A DNA stretch of 64,000 nt, taken from Candidatus Tayloriibacteriota bacterium (GTDB lineage Bacteria; Patescibacteriota; Minisyncoccia; Phycocordibacterales; HO2-43-120). Location: assembly GCA_039934295.1 (NCBI GenBank), contig JBDTMN010000001.1, forward strand, positions 38,091-102,090. Direction: 5' to 3'. The translations under genes were made by a program, and so were the position numbers. This document shows, one piece after another, positions 30,385 through 39,781 of the stretch. Numbering within the stretch: position 1 is the first letter of the stretch; the number at the start of each line of letters is the position of its first letter. The notes beneath the pieces are model-generated. The model did no database searches. It worked only from the letters and a program-made list of their open reading frames with translations, and was not told the DNA's origin.

Positions 30385-31344
30385 GTGAAAAAGAAGAAAA
30401 AGAAACAACCGACAAAGTTAGGAGCCAAAACCATCATAATGCTCGCACTCTTTGGCGTTCTTACAGCTCTCTTCGCGGTGTTTATAAATGGTCCCGTTGA
30501 TTACCGAACAGCAAAAACTCCGGATGACAACCTGCGTCTTCTCAAGGTGCGCTATTTTGAAGAGAAAGCGAACAACGTTGACCACTGGTGGCTCGAGAGG
30601 GTGCCAGGTTCGAGGGAACAGGGGGCACTGCACGAGATTGTGAGCAATAGACTCTCTCTCGTGCACGAAGTCATCAATCGATATCAATCAGTCTCACCGT
30701 TTGCCGAAGAGGTAAGTAGGCACTTCCAGACGTTTTATGTCACTTTAGCGATTGACGGGCGCAGTTCAGTTGCCGTAATGAGCGATGTGGAAATAAAACT
30801 CATCGGCAAAGCGCCGGAATTGACCTTTATCGCAAAAGATCGCGTATCGCAAATGGACGCTCCGTTTTCAATCTATTGGAGGAGCGACTGGGGTATGATG
30901 ATGCACGCGGTTGATCATCCGCCGGCAGTATTTGCCGGATTCCTTTACCACGAACTTGGTCATGGATACCTCCATCCGGTTCGCGAAGATACGAAATTCC
31001 ATGACCCTGCATCGCGCGAGTATATTCTTGAAGAATGCCAAATGCATGGTCTTGAGACGTTGGTCAATGACAAGGCATCAGGCGGGAAATTCAAAATGGC
31101 GATTGGGCGGATTCTAGAGAGGTGCCCAAAAGCCGTTTCGGCGCGGGAAGCAGTAACCGCGATTGATTCTCGCGCTCTCAGAGAGCTCGACCTGTCCCTT
31201 GACGCTAGTGGTGCTGGCATTGAGACTGCCCAGTCCCTCTTCGCTCAATACTTGATGGCTATCGGCCTTGAATTTATTGCGTCCCATAATCAGGGAGATG
31301 AGGAGAAGGTCGCCCTGTTTCAATGGGTTCAGACGATTCTATAG
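30385..31344 (+). CDS. Membrane-anchored protein with an HExxH motif (putative zincin-like metallopeptidase)
   Basis: FLYHELGHGYLHP. GTG at 30385 has an AAAGG RBS and gives a Lys-rich n-region followed by a TM helix. The listed TTG start is unlikely. Confidence 0.4.
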   Translation: MKKKKKKQPTKLGAKTIIMLALFGVLTALFAVFINGPVDYRTAKTPDDNLRLLKVRYFEEKANNVDHWWLERVPGSREQGALHEIVSNRLSLVHEVINRYQSVSPFAEEVSRHFQTFYVTLAIDGRSSVAVMSDVEIKLIGKAPELTFIAKDRVSQMDAPFSIYWRSDWGMMMHAVDHPPAVFAGFLYHELGHGYLHPVREDTKFHDPASREYILEECQMHGLETLVNDKASGGKFKMAIGRILERCPKAVSAREAVTAIDSRALRELDLSLDASGAGIETAQSLFAQYLMAIGLEFIASHNQGDEEKVALFQWVQTIL

Positions 31345-31448
31345 TAAGAGTCCATACGGCATACCCAACAGACCAACAAACCGATGAACAAACGTTCCTC
31401 GGTTTTTTTTATTTTTTTGTACGTAGCTACTTAAGTATAAGTATTATC

Positions 31449-31476
31449 ATTCCACCATTCGGGCGAATGGTGGAAT
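31449..31476. repeat. 28-bp perfect palindrome attccaccattcgGGCGaatggtggaat, copy 1
   Basis: 12-bp arms with a 4-nt centre. An identical copy differing only in the centre (GCGC) lies at 32422..32449. Confidence 0.8.
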
Positions 31477-31561
31477 AAGGGAATAGATGCGAGATACCTA
31501 GACTTAATTTGACTAATCTGATAGTTTTTCATCAGTTAACAATTCAAAAGAGGAGGTAAAG

Positions 31562-32323
31562 ATGTTCGGCATCATTGACAGATTTTATGCATTTCGAAAA
31601 TGCAGGAAGGGTTATTTCAAACCGCCCAAAAGTTGGAAGCCAGAGATCATTCTTTATGATGAAAAACCGACGAGCTGGTTCTGTTTCGTCCCGAGCATTG
31701 TCAGCAAAAATTTATACTTGAGGAAGGGGCTACTTCCAAGAGAAGGCACAGTTTATGTTTACACGATTTCCTCGTTCAACTTGATAAAGCAGGACCCGCT
31801 TGAGACGCTTCATGGATTGAATGAAATTTATTCAGAGGCGGTTGGACCGATGGAGGTCGCAAGAGACCAACGGGGACATGCCATAAAGATACTCGGAATC
31901 AGTCTCGGGAATGTCTTTGGGGTTCGATTGGCCAGTCAAGCCGGACTATCGCTCCAAAAAATAGTTTCGCTTGTCGGGGGCGGACGGCTGGGAATATCGG
32001 CATGGGATAGTATCCTCACCGGCCACATTGTTAAAAGGTCAGGGCTTCGGAATGCGGAGGAGTATGAGGAGAAAGTATCCTCGTTCAGTCCGATACGCTC
32101 TATTGCAGGGTTACCGAAATTTGATGTCAACATTTGTCTCGGCACGAATGACATGTTGATACGATACCATCATGGTATTGAATTGGCTGATTCATTCAAG
32201 AAACAGCAGGAAAGTATAGGTGGGCGCTTGCATTGTACCGTCTACCCCGGTGCCGACCATGGAAGCACGATGTTCCTCGTTGCAGGGCGAAATATTCTAA
32301 GTCACGCCTTAAAGTATCGGTGA
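31562..32323 (+). CDS. Alpha/beta-hydrolase-like protein (GxSxG)
   Basis: The GISLG nucleophile-elbow motif and later D and H residues (YPGADHGS) are present. A strong RBS (AAGAGGAGG) lies upstream. Confidence 0.45.
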   Translation: MFGIIDRFYAFRKCRKGYFKPPKSWKPEIILYDEKPTSWFCFVPSIVSKNLYLRKGLLPREGTVYVYTISSFNLIKQDPLETLHGLNEIYSEAVGPMEVARDQRGHAIKILGISLGNVFGVRLASQAGLSLQKIVSLVGGGRLGISAWDSILTGHIVKRSGLRNAEEYEEKVSSFSPIRSIAGLPKFDVNICLGTNDMLIRYHHGIELADSFKKQQESIGGRLHCTVYPGADHGSTMFLVAGRNILSHALKYR

Positions 32324-32421
32324 TCTTCGGCTCAAGCGTAGCATGAAAACATGTCACGCTTTTTTATTAGATTGTCAGAAATCTTGATCGTTCATAACTC
32401 ACTCAGTTTAGGTAGAATATC

Positions 32422-32449
32422 ATTCCACCATTCGCGCGAATGGTGGAAT
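32422..32449. repeat. 28-bp perfect palindrome, copy 2
   Basis: attccaccattcgCGCGaatggtggaat. Confidence 0.8.
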
Positions 32450-32564
32450 AAACAGGTTACAAGAATGAGTTAAGCGCTAAACTATCTTTGTGCTACTATG
32501 GGGTTGCTGATGGAATTTCAGTGAAGCCGGAAGCTGGAATTGACATCGTTAATTTTTTTATTTG

Positions 32565-33503
32565 ATGAAAAATCTGGATAAATGTTTGAATAAACGCTCG
32601 CTTGTCATAGGCGGATTTGTATTCGCAACGATTGTGGGTGCTTTTATTTTCTGGCCTCATGAAGTAGCTCCTCAACCTCAAACGTATTTCACGGTCAATC
32701 GCGGGGACTCCGTTTTTCAAGTGGCGAACAATTTGAAGCAGGCGCGATTGATTTACGGACGGGCACGGTTCGTTTTCCCCCTTTTATTGTCGGGCAAGTT
32801 CAGGGAGATTAAGGCGGGGAAATATTTAATTCCCGCGGGGGAGGATGAAAGCGGTATCGCGGAATTATTGGTTAGGGGCAAGACTGCGCCAGTTGCGATT
32901 ACCGTTATTCCCGGGTTTACCGTAAATGATATTGCAAGGTTATTAAGTCGCGCAGGCGTAGCCAAATCGGATGAATTTTTGCGCCTCACCATGCCAAGCG
33001 AAAGCAAGGTCGGCTTGGAGGGGTATCTGTATCCCGATACATATTTGTTTGAAAGCGGAGAGTCAACTGAAAAAATAGTGAAGACCATGACGGATAATTT
33101 TCACCTTCACTTTTCTCCAGACCTCACGGGGAAGTCTCAGAAACGCAGTCTCGAGGAGGTTGTGATCATGGCTTCAATTTTGGAAAAAGAAGTTAAAACG
33201 CCAGAGGACAAGAAAATGGTTGCAGGAATTCTTTGGAAACGCCTCGACTACAAACTACCCCTTCAGGTTGACAGCACCGGCAATTATTTCTTGACTCGCC
33301 AGACAAAACTTGAGTATAATACGTATGAATTCGTGGGTTTGCCTTTTGGCCCCATTTGCAATCCAAGTCTTGCCAGTTTGGAAGCCGCTCTCGATCCCAC
33401 AGAGAGCCCTTTCTGGTACTACTTGAGCGCCTTGGATGGGCATACAATCTACAGTCATACTTTAGGAGAACATCTTATAAATAAAGCAAAATATCTGGAG
33501 TGA
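32565..33503 (+). CDS. mltG: Endolytic murein transglycosylase MltG (YceG-like)
   Basis: N-terminal TM helix. YceG-like conserved segments are present (GKYLIPAGEDESGI..., LEGYLYPDTY, ASILEKE). Confidence 0.75.
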   Translation: MKNLDKCLNKRSLVIGGFVFATIVGAFIFWPHEVAPQPQTYFTVNRGDSVFQVANNLKQARLIYGRARFVFPLLLSGKFREIKAGKYLIPAGEDESGIAELLVRGKTAPVAITVIPGFTVNDIARLLSRAGVAKSDEFLRLTMPSESKVGLEGYLYPDTYLFESGESTEKIVKTMTDNFHLHFSPDLTGKSQKRSLEEVVIMASILEKEVKTPEDKKMVAGILWKRLDYKLPLQVDSTGNYFLTRQTKLEYNTYEFVGLPFGPICNPSLASLEAALDPTESPFWYYLSALDGHTIYSHTLGEHLINKAKYLE

Positions 33504-33508
33504 TTTTC

Positions 33509-36500
33509 ATGAACAGAAAAAGATTGATTTTTGTGGCACTGGCGCTCGTTATTGTCGTCGGGGGCTTTTTCTACTTGCGCTCATCTCCGATTTTTCATCC
33601 CCCTCAAAACTATGAAGCGGCATATCGCCTTGTGCCCGAGAAAGTTTCTCGCTCGGCGGCGATTATGGTTCAGATTCCGAATGCCACAACTACCGATTTT
33701 GCGAGTCTCTCACAGAGTGTGAGTTTCGACCCGGCGATAAAAGGGGAATGGTTGAAAGAGAGAAACGGTTCTTTTGTCCCAGTAGCCAATGCCGCGGAGA
33801 AAATTCAGACACTTTACTTTCAGCCCGCTCGCGCACTTGATACGAATAAGCATTACGCGGTCGCGGTGAATATCGGCGGACAAATATTGCGCTCCGATTT
33901 TTTCGTGGTCGCTGATCCTGAAGTGCTTGCAATACTGCCTGCAGGCGACGACGAAGTTTTGCCTAACACTAAGATTAGCGTTGTCTTCAATCGTCCCATG
34001 GTTCCGCTCGGTCGTCTCGACCAATTTGTCTCGGACACTCCTCCGATTTCCGTGAAGCCGGCCACCCCCGGTCGTTTCAAATGGATTAGCACGAACACGT
34101 TGCAATTTATTCCCACCGACGCCCTTATTTCCTCGGCTCACTATACTGTAAGCGTAGGAAGCGGTCTCGTCTCGATGGAGGGCATACCTGTTAAGCCTCG
34201 TGATTCTACTTTTAGCACGTATCACTTGGGTTATTATTCTGGGGCGCAGGATTATCAGGCGTCGGCGGTTCGCGGTTACAATCAACCGTTTCTCATTCGC
34301 TTCAATCAGCCGGTTGACCTTGCGAAAACCGCTCAAGAGATTTCCATCAGTGACGGAGAGAAAAGAATTCCTTTTACCGCAAAGTTTGGACAAGTTTTGA
34401 GCACTGACGCCAAACAGGGCGCGAGTCGGGAAGACGAGACTACAATCGCGCTCTATCCGGCGGGAGCCAGAAATTGGGAGCCAGGGCGCAACTACCAAGT
34501 TGCTATAAATAAAGCGTATCCTGCGTCTGGAGGCGATATCGCCCTTACTGAATCGCAAACATTTTCTTATTCCGTTGACGATATTATTAAGGAAATTCAA
34601 GTTTCTTCGCCACGAACTTTCGAGTCGAGTGTTGCGCGATTTGACCCGACCGGCACTTTGATTCTCAATTTTTATGAGGACATTGACCTCGGCAAAAGCC
34701 AGATTCAAGGTGCGCAAGTTGCAAACGTGGTATATGGAGAGAAGTGTCAGACTGACGCTCTCGAATGCGTGAAGGTGGCGGACCAGTCGCAAGTAATAGT
34801 GTCCTTCAAGAGTAACAGTAGTAAGCCGGGGGATAAAATTCAAGTCGCGCTTAACAACATCACTTCGCGAAGTGGAGCATTGCTTTCCCGCGCGGAGCAC
34901 ATTGACCTTACTGTTTTTCCGCCACTCGTAATCTTCAAAGTGGGTAGTAAAGATAGTTTAGGAAGCGTGAGCGTCTGCTCCAATAATCCGCTTGCAAAAC
35001 CCGCCGACGATAAGCCCGCTATCGAGTCCACCCCCGAGGTTAGCGATCAGGGATGGGGAGGCTCATACTTTTTGTCGAACCAGGCGAGCTCGGACTGTGC
35101 GGTTGGACAATTTCAAACTTCGCTTTCCGGCGCGCTTCTTCCGAGCCAGATTTACAATCTCAAAACTCATTTTGTAGATGTCTTTGGTGGAGTAGCTGAT
35201 GGCGCGTATTCTTTTACTAGTCGGGCGATTCGCGCGGAAGATTATGATTTGCAAAGCTTTCAAGATTTTGAAGCCGTAACCACTCCCGAGAAGACTAAAC
35301 TAACCTATGCCGCCAAATATCTCCGGGAAGTAACCGCAACTGTTTGCAAATTGAGCGCTCTCTCTTATTTTCAGGCCCAAAATGCTTCGAGAGATGCCGC
35401 ACTCCCTTCGTGTGAGCAAAGCGTGAGCAAGACAATTCCACTTCCTACCGAGACATCGGGGAAGGTTTCATTCACCCTCGACATCAAAGATTTTTATCCC
35501 AATCCGGTCGGGAATTTTGTCGTCTCTCTCGACAGTCCGCTCTTAAAAAAATCGGATAGTGAAGGCGAGCGATTTCCTACCCGCAACTTTGTCTCTGTCA
35601 CCAATTTGATAGTTACCGAGAAGAGTATTACTCCGCTCGCTCAAAATGAATACGAATCCCTTACTTTGAGGGGTGACCAACTGGGGAGTTTGCAAAATAT
35701 GTATTGGGTGATAGATGCGGGAACACGCATTCCGATTGCCGGAGCAACGGTAAATCTCTATCGCAAAGGCGCGGTTGTAGGGAGTGCCGTCACCAACACG
35801 GAAGGCGTCGCATTTCTTACTCCGGTTATAGGTGCTGATGTGGCGATTGCCTTTTACGGAGCTGACAGCAGTATTATTTCCGGAGACAATAATCGGCTCA
35901 ATTACGCGCAGTCCGCGGCAAATATTAAGCATCTCTATCTCTATACCGATAAGCCTCTGTATCGGCCGGGGCAGGAAATTAATCTCAAAGGGTATTACCG
36001 TCTCGGGTATGACGGCTTTTACGAAGCACCTGTGGGGCAGAGTCTCACCTTGAATGTGTATGACTCGGCGGATACGATAATTAAAACTGAAAATCTGACC
36101 ACAAAGGGCTTCGGCTCAATCAACACGAGTTTTGTTCTTGACCCTTCGGTTGCGCTCGGCTCGTATCGGGCATGTGTCGCCAATCAGTGTAGCTATTTCG
36201 AGGTTTTAAATTATGCTCCGGCCGCCTTCAAAGTGACTATGAAAACGAAGAGCGACGAACTATTAATGGGAGAACAGCCTGAAGTGAATATCAAAGCCGA
36301 GTATTATTTCGGGGTGCCTCTCTCCGTGGCGTCGGTGAAGTACCGAACGTTGAGCCAATACTATTACTTCGATAAGTACACAAAAGAATATTTCAATTTT
36401 AACAATTTGTCGGATGATGTTAACGGCGACAGTTTTTATTACGGCGACAAATATATTGGAAGTGGCACGGCGACACTAGACGATGAAGGCGTTGCCACGC

Positions 36501-39500
36501 TCAAGCCCGACCTCAAGAGTATTTCCTCGGAAGGGAATGCAACCAGCAAAATTATTATTGTTGACGCCACGGTTGAGAATCAGCAGGGTCACAGCATCGG
36601 CTCTCAAGCGTCTTTCGTTCTGCACGCGGCACCGGTGTATCTCGGCAGTAAAATTGACGAGTCCTTCGTGGCTTCGGGCGCGCCGGTGACGCTTAAATTG
36701 AAGTCAGTCAAATCAAATGGAGAAGTCACTTCGTTTGGCAAAATTAAGGTTGACGTGTACCGCGTCAATTGGGTCTCGACCAAGCGTGATCGCGGTTTGG
36801 GGGAGTTTGATTACTCCTGGGAGCGCATGCGCGAGCTTGTGAAGACTGAATATCCGAGCACCGACGGCAATGGCGACGCGAGTTTGAATCTCACGATTAC
36901 GGGCGAAGGAGAGTATGAGGCAGAGGTCAGGGCTTCAAGTGGTAGGGCGGTAGGCAGTCGCTCCTGGTTTTATCTCTATGGCGGGGGAAATGTCTCGGTG
37001 CGTGGAAATGACGATGAAACCAGTCTTGAGCTAGTGACGGATAAAGAGGACCTTAAGCTCGGGGACACCGGAGAGATTTTGATTAAGATGCCGGAAGGGT
37101 CTGCCAAGGCACTGGTTACCATTGAGCGAGGCAAGATATTCGAGTACCAAGTCATTGATATTGTAGGCTCGCTTACCCGTTATCAATTTCCGGTCGTCGG
37201 CAACTATTATCCAAATGTGTACGTAAGCGTGGTGGCGTACGCCCCCGGTCGCACCGTGCGCTTCGGCAGTCAGAGCTTTACGGTCGCGAGCGGGCAAAAG
37301 AAAATTAATCTCTCGATTGAGAGCGATAAAAAATCATATAACCCCGGAGACCCTGTTACCCTTGCATTGAATGCCACCGATGAGAGTGGTCGCGGGGTGG
37401 TGGCAGAGACGTCGCTTGCAGTTGTGGACATGAGCGTTTTGGCACTCCGCGGTAATCCCAAGAAAGACCCGCTCTCCGAATTTTACGGTCATGTGCCACT
37501 TACGGTGCAAACATATTCAAATTTCAAAAATCTGCTGAAGCAAATTAAACTGGATGAAGGCGGAAAGGGCGGAAGCGGGAGCGGTAGTAGTTCAACCGGC
37601 GAGAAGCGCAGAGGCGTCTTCAAGGAAGTCGCGTTCTGGAAGTCAAATATTGTGACCGACAATGCGGGACATGCTGTCGTCAAATTTACTTTGCCGGACA
37701 ATCTCACCACGTGGCAAGGAGAGGCGGTGGCAATGACCGGGGACAGCAAGGTGGGAGTGGCTTATAACGAATTTACCACCAATAAACTGCTCATGGTGGA
37801 TCAGTTGAGGCCGAGGTTCGTCGTTGTCGGCGACCAATTTTCTCTCGGAGCCACGATTTTCAATCAAAGCGAGAAAGACTTTTCTGGCACAGTAAGCGTA
37901 AGCGCGCCCGCGCTCACGCTTATGCCGGGTTCGGTCGCGTCAAAATCTCTGTCACTTAAAGCTGGCGCTTCGATGACGCTGTATTGGCCGATGAAGTTGC
38001 CTTCCGACAGCTCAATAACGAAAATCAATTACTCAATAAACGCGAATGGCTCCGGTCTCTCCGATATCGTTGACGACAGTTTTCCCGTCCATTCGGATTC
38101 GTCCTACGAGGTTACAGCCACCGCGGGGCAAACCGAAACCTCTCAAACGGAAGTGATTTACGTTCCCGATTCGGTACGTGCAGGCGTTGGTGGGGTAACG
38201 ATGCGGAGCTCGGCGACCTTGGCGATATTTTTGCCGGAGGCGGTGAAATTCCTTGTTGACTATCCCTATGGATGCACCGAGCAAATCGCAAGTCGCATAC
38301 GAGGGGTGGCGCTCTACAAGCAGGCGATTGCGCTTCCAAATGTAACATCCGCTAAAGCGCCGACGATTACCTACAATGATAGAGAGTACTCCCTCGATGA
38401 ATTAGTAAACGAGGGGCTCAAGTCTATCTATGCTCGGCAAAATTCAGATGGTGGTTTTGACTTGTGGGCGGGCGACAGGCAGTCGAGCTACTCCGCCACC
38501 TTGGAAGCAGTCAATACATTTTCGACACTTAGCAGTGCAGGCTACTCGGTAAACGCTGATGCATGGAGTAAGGCCGCCACATATTTGTATACATACTATA
38601 GGGATCCAAAAAATGTTGCGCGTTTTGATTCTGGTGATATTGTCGCGCTTGCCGAAGCGCTCTTTACTCGGGCAGAATTTAGAAATAATGTGGGAATCAG
38701 TCAGGATCTTTCTCGCGAGATAGAGCAGTCTCTTAAAGATAAAAAAATTGACAGCGGTCGGCTTTTGAATATGGGACTCTTATTGCGCCGATACCAGCTC
38801 TTCCCATCCTTCGCCTCGCAGATTGACAAAATGCTTGCTAACAGGCTCGTGATTGATTCGCGAGGCGCCTTTCTCGACGGTTCCGGAAATTATTTTGGTT
38901 TTGCAAATGACAACGCTGTGAGCAACACTGCTCGATACATTTCGCTTCTTACCCTTGAGCGCGATAAAGGTGTCGAATTGCCGAACCTCCTGCGATGGCT
39001 CACGGCCTCTCGCGAGAGAGATGGAGCATGGGGCTCGACGCAATACACGCTCGATGCCATAACTGCAATCACAAATTATTTGAACTGGCAGGAGGAAACC
39101 AAGTCAACATTTACTCTGGAGCGTCGTGTCAATGACAAAGTGATTGACCAGTTTGCTTTTACTCCAGAAACAATCATGACGCAGGTTACTAAATTCTTGC
39201 CGTTAAGCGAATTTAATTTTGGAGGCTTGAACACCGTTTCGTTTGGGAAGTCGAGTGCGAGTGCTAACAACAAGGGCAACATTTATTATGACCTCGCTTT
39301 CAAGTATTACTTGCCGGCGGGTACTTTACCCCCTCGGGATGAGGGCATAGCGGTGAAGCGCAATTTCTACACTCTTTCTGACACGGCGTCCGAGAAGCCG
39401 GTCTCAAATGCCGCGATTGGCGAGGTGGTGCGGGAGCATTTGGAGATTACCGTGCCGGTAACGAGGCGTCAGGTGGTGCTCGAAGATTTTATTCCCGCAG

Positions 39501-39781
39501 GTACTGAAATTGTGGACACCAGTCTCGCAACCGAAGACCAAACCTTGAAGGACGTTTCGCAAGAGGTCAAAAATCCTAGGCTTATGCCCAATCATCAGGA
39601 ACTTCGCGACGACCGAGCCGCTCTCTTTATGGACGAACTTTCGCCTGGCACTTACGAGTTTGATTATTTTGTCCGAGCCTTGATTCCGGGGACGTATCTG
39701 CAACTGCCTGCGCAAGTTTCCGAAATGTATAACCCGGAGAACTTCGGCCGCACCGGAGCGTCGCTATTCACTATTCAGTAA
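33509..39781 (+). CDS. Alpha-2-macroglobulin family protein (bacterial A2M, thioester-containing)
   Basis: 2093 aa with an N-terminal membrane anchor. The thioester motif GCTEQ lies at nt 38273-38284. Length and domain order match YfhM/ECAM-type A2Ms. Confidence 0.75.
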   Translation: MNRKRLIFVALALVIVVGGFFYLRSSPIFHPPQNYEAAYRLVPEKVSRSAAIMVQIPNATTTDFASLSQSVSFDPAIKGEWLKERNGSFVPVANAAEKIQTLYFQPARALDTNKHYAVAVNIGGQILRSDFFVVADPEVLAILPAGDDEVLPNTKISVVFNRPMVPLGRLDQFVSDTPPISVKPATPGRFKWISTNTLQFIPTDALISSAHYTVSVGSGLVSMEGIPVKPRDSTFSTYHLGYYSGAQDYQASAVRGYNQPFLIRFNQPVDLAKTAQEISISDGEKRIPFTAKFGQVLSTDAKQGASREDETTIALYPAGARNWEPGRNYQVAINKAYPASGGDIALTESQTFSYSVDDIIKEIQVSSPRTFESSVARFDPTGTLILNFYEDIDLGKSQIQGAQVANVVYGEKCQTDALECVKVADQSQVIVSFKSNSSKPGDKIQVALNNITSRSGALLSRAEHIDLTVFPPLVIFKVGSKDSLGSVSVCSNNPLAKPADDKPAIESTPEVSDQGWGGSYFLSNQASSDCAVGQFQTSLSGALLPSQIYNLKTHFVDVFGGVADGAYSFTSRAIRAEDYDLQSFQDFEAVTTPEKTKLTYAAKYLREVTATVCKLSALSYFQAQNASRDAALPSCEQSVSKTIPLPTETSGKVSFTLDIKDFYPNPVGNFVVSLDSPLLKKSDSEGERFPTRNFVSVTNLIVTEKSITPLAQNEYESLTLRGDQLGSLQNMYWVIDAGTRIPIAGATVNLYRKGAVVGSAVTNTEGVAFLTPVIGADVAIAFYGADSSIISGDNNRLNYAQSAANIKHLYLYTDKPLYRPGQEINLKGYYRLGYDGFYEAPVGQSLTLNVYDSADTIIKTENLTTKGFGSINTSFVLDPSVALGSYRACVANQCSYFEVLNYAPAAFKVTMKTKSDELLMGEQPEVNIKAEYYFGVPLSVASVKYRTLSQYYYFDKYTKEYFNFNNLSDDVNGDSFYYGDKYIGSGTATLDDEGVATLKPDLKSISSEGNATSKIIIVDATVENQQGHSIGSQASFVLHAAPVYLGSKIDESFVASGAPVTLKLKSVKSNGEVTSFGKIKVDVYRVNWVSTKRDRGLGEFDYSWERMRELVKTEYPSTDGNGDASLNLTITGEGEYEAEVRASSGRAVGSRSWFYLYGGGNVSVRGNDDETSLELVTDKEDLKLGDTGEILIKMPEGSAKALVTIERGKIFEYQVIDIVGSLTRYQFPVVGNYYPNVYVSVVAYAPGRTVRFGSQSFTVASGQKKINLSIESDKKSYNPGDPVTLALNATDESGRGVVAETSLAVVDMSVLALRGNPKKDPLSEFYGHVPLTVQTYSNFKNLLKQIKLDEGGKGGSGSGSSSTGEKRRGVFKEVAFWKSNIVTDNAGHAVVKFTLPDNLTTWQGEAVAMTGDSKVGVAYNEFTTNKLLMVDQLRPRFVVVGDQFSLGATIFNQSEKDFSGTVSVSAPALTLMPGSVASKSLSLKAGASMTLYWPMKLPSDSSITKINYSINANGSGLSDIVDDSFPVHSDSSYEVTATAGQTETSQTEVIYVPDSVRAGVGGVTMRSSATLAIFLPEAVKFLVDYPYGCTEQIASRIRGVALYKQAIALPNVTSAKAPTITYNDREYSLDELVNEGLKSIYARQNSDGGFDLWAGDRQSSYSATLEAVNTFSTLSSAGYSVNADAWSKAATYLYTYYRDPKNVARFDSGDIVALAEALFTRAEFRNNVGISQDLSREIEQSLKDKKIDSGRLLNMGLLLRRYQLFPSFASQIDKMLANRLVIDSRGAFLDGSGNYFGFANDNAVSNTARYISLLTLERDKGVELPNLLRWLTASRERDGAWGSTQYTLDAITAITNYLNWQEETKSTFTLERRVNDKVIDQFAFTPETIMTQVTKFLPLSEFNFGGLNTVSFGKSSASANNKGNIYYDLAFKYYLPAGTLPPRDEGIAVKRNFYTLSDTASEKPVSNAAIGEVVREHLEITVPVTRRQVVLEDFIPAGTEIVDTSLATEDQTLKDVSQEVKNPRLMPNHQELRDDRAALFMDELSPGTYEFDYFVRALIPGTYLQLPAQVSEMYNPENFGRTGASLFTIQ

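Noticed and set aside
24914-31344. Integrase, transposase or phage genes that would mark the exported-protein island as a classical mobile element
   Set aside because: None of the ORFs shows recombinase or transposase motifs. The repeats are gene-carrying direct repeats rather than IS ends, so I do not label it as a mobile element.
33710-34900. 396-aa minus-strand ORF inside the A2M gene, and other long antisense ORFs (5980..6576, 59810..60769, 62425..62955, 4574..5032)
   Set aside because: They are embedded antisense in strongly supported protein-coding genes with conserved motifs. They are Arg/Ser-rich artefacts of a GC-skewed frame.
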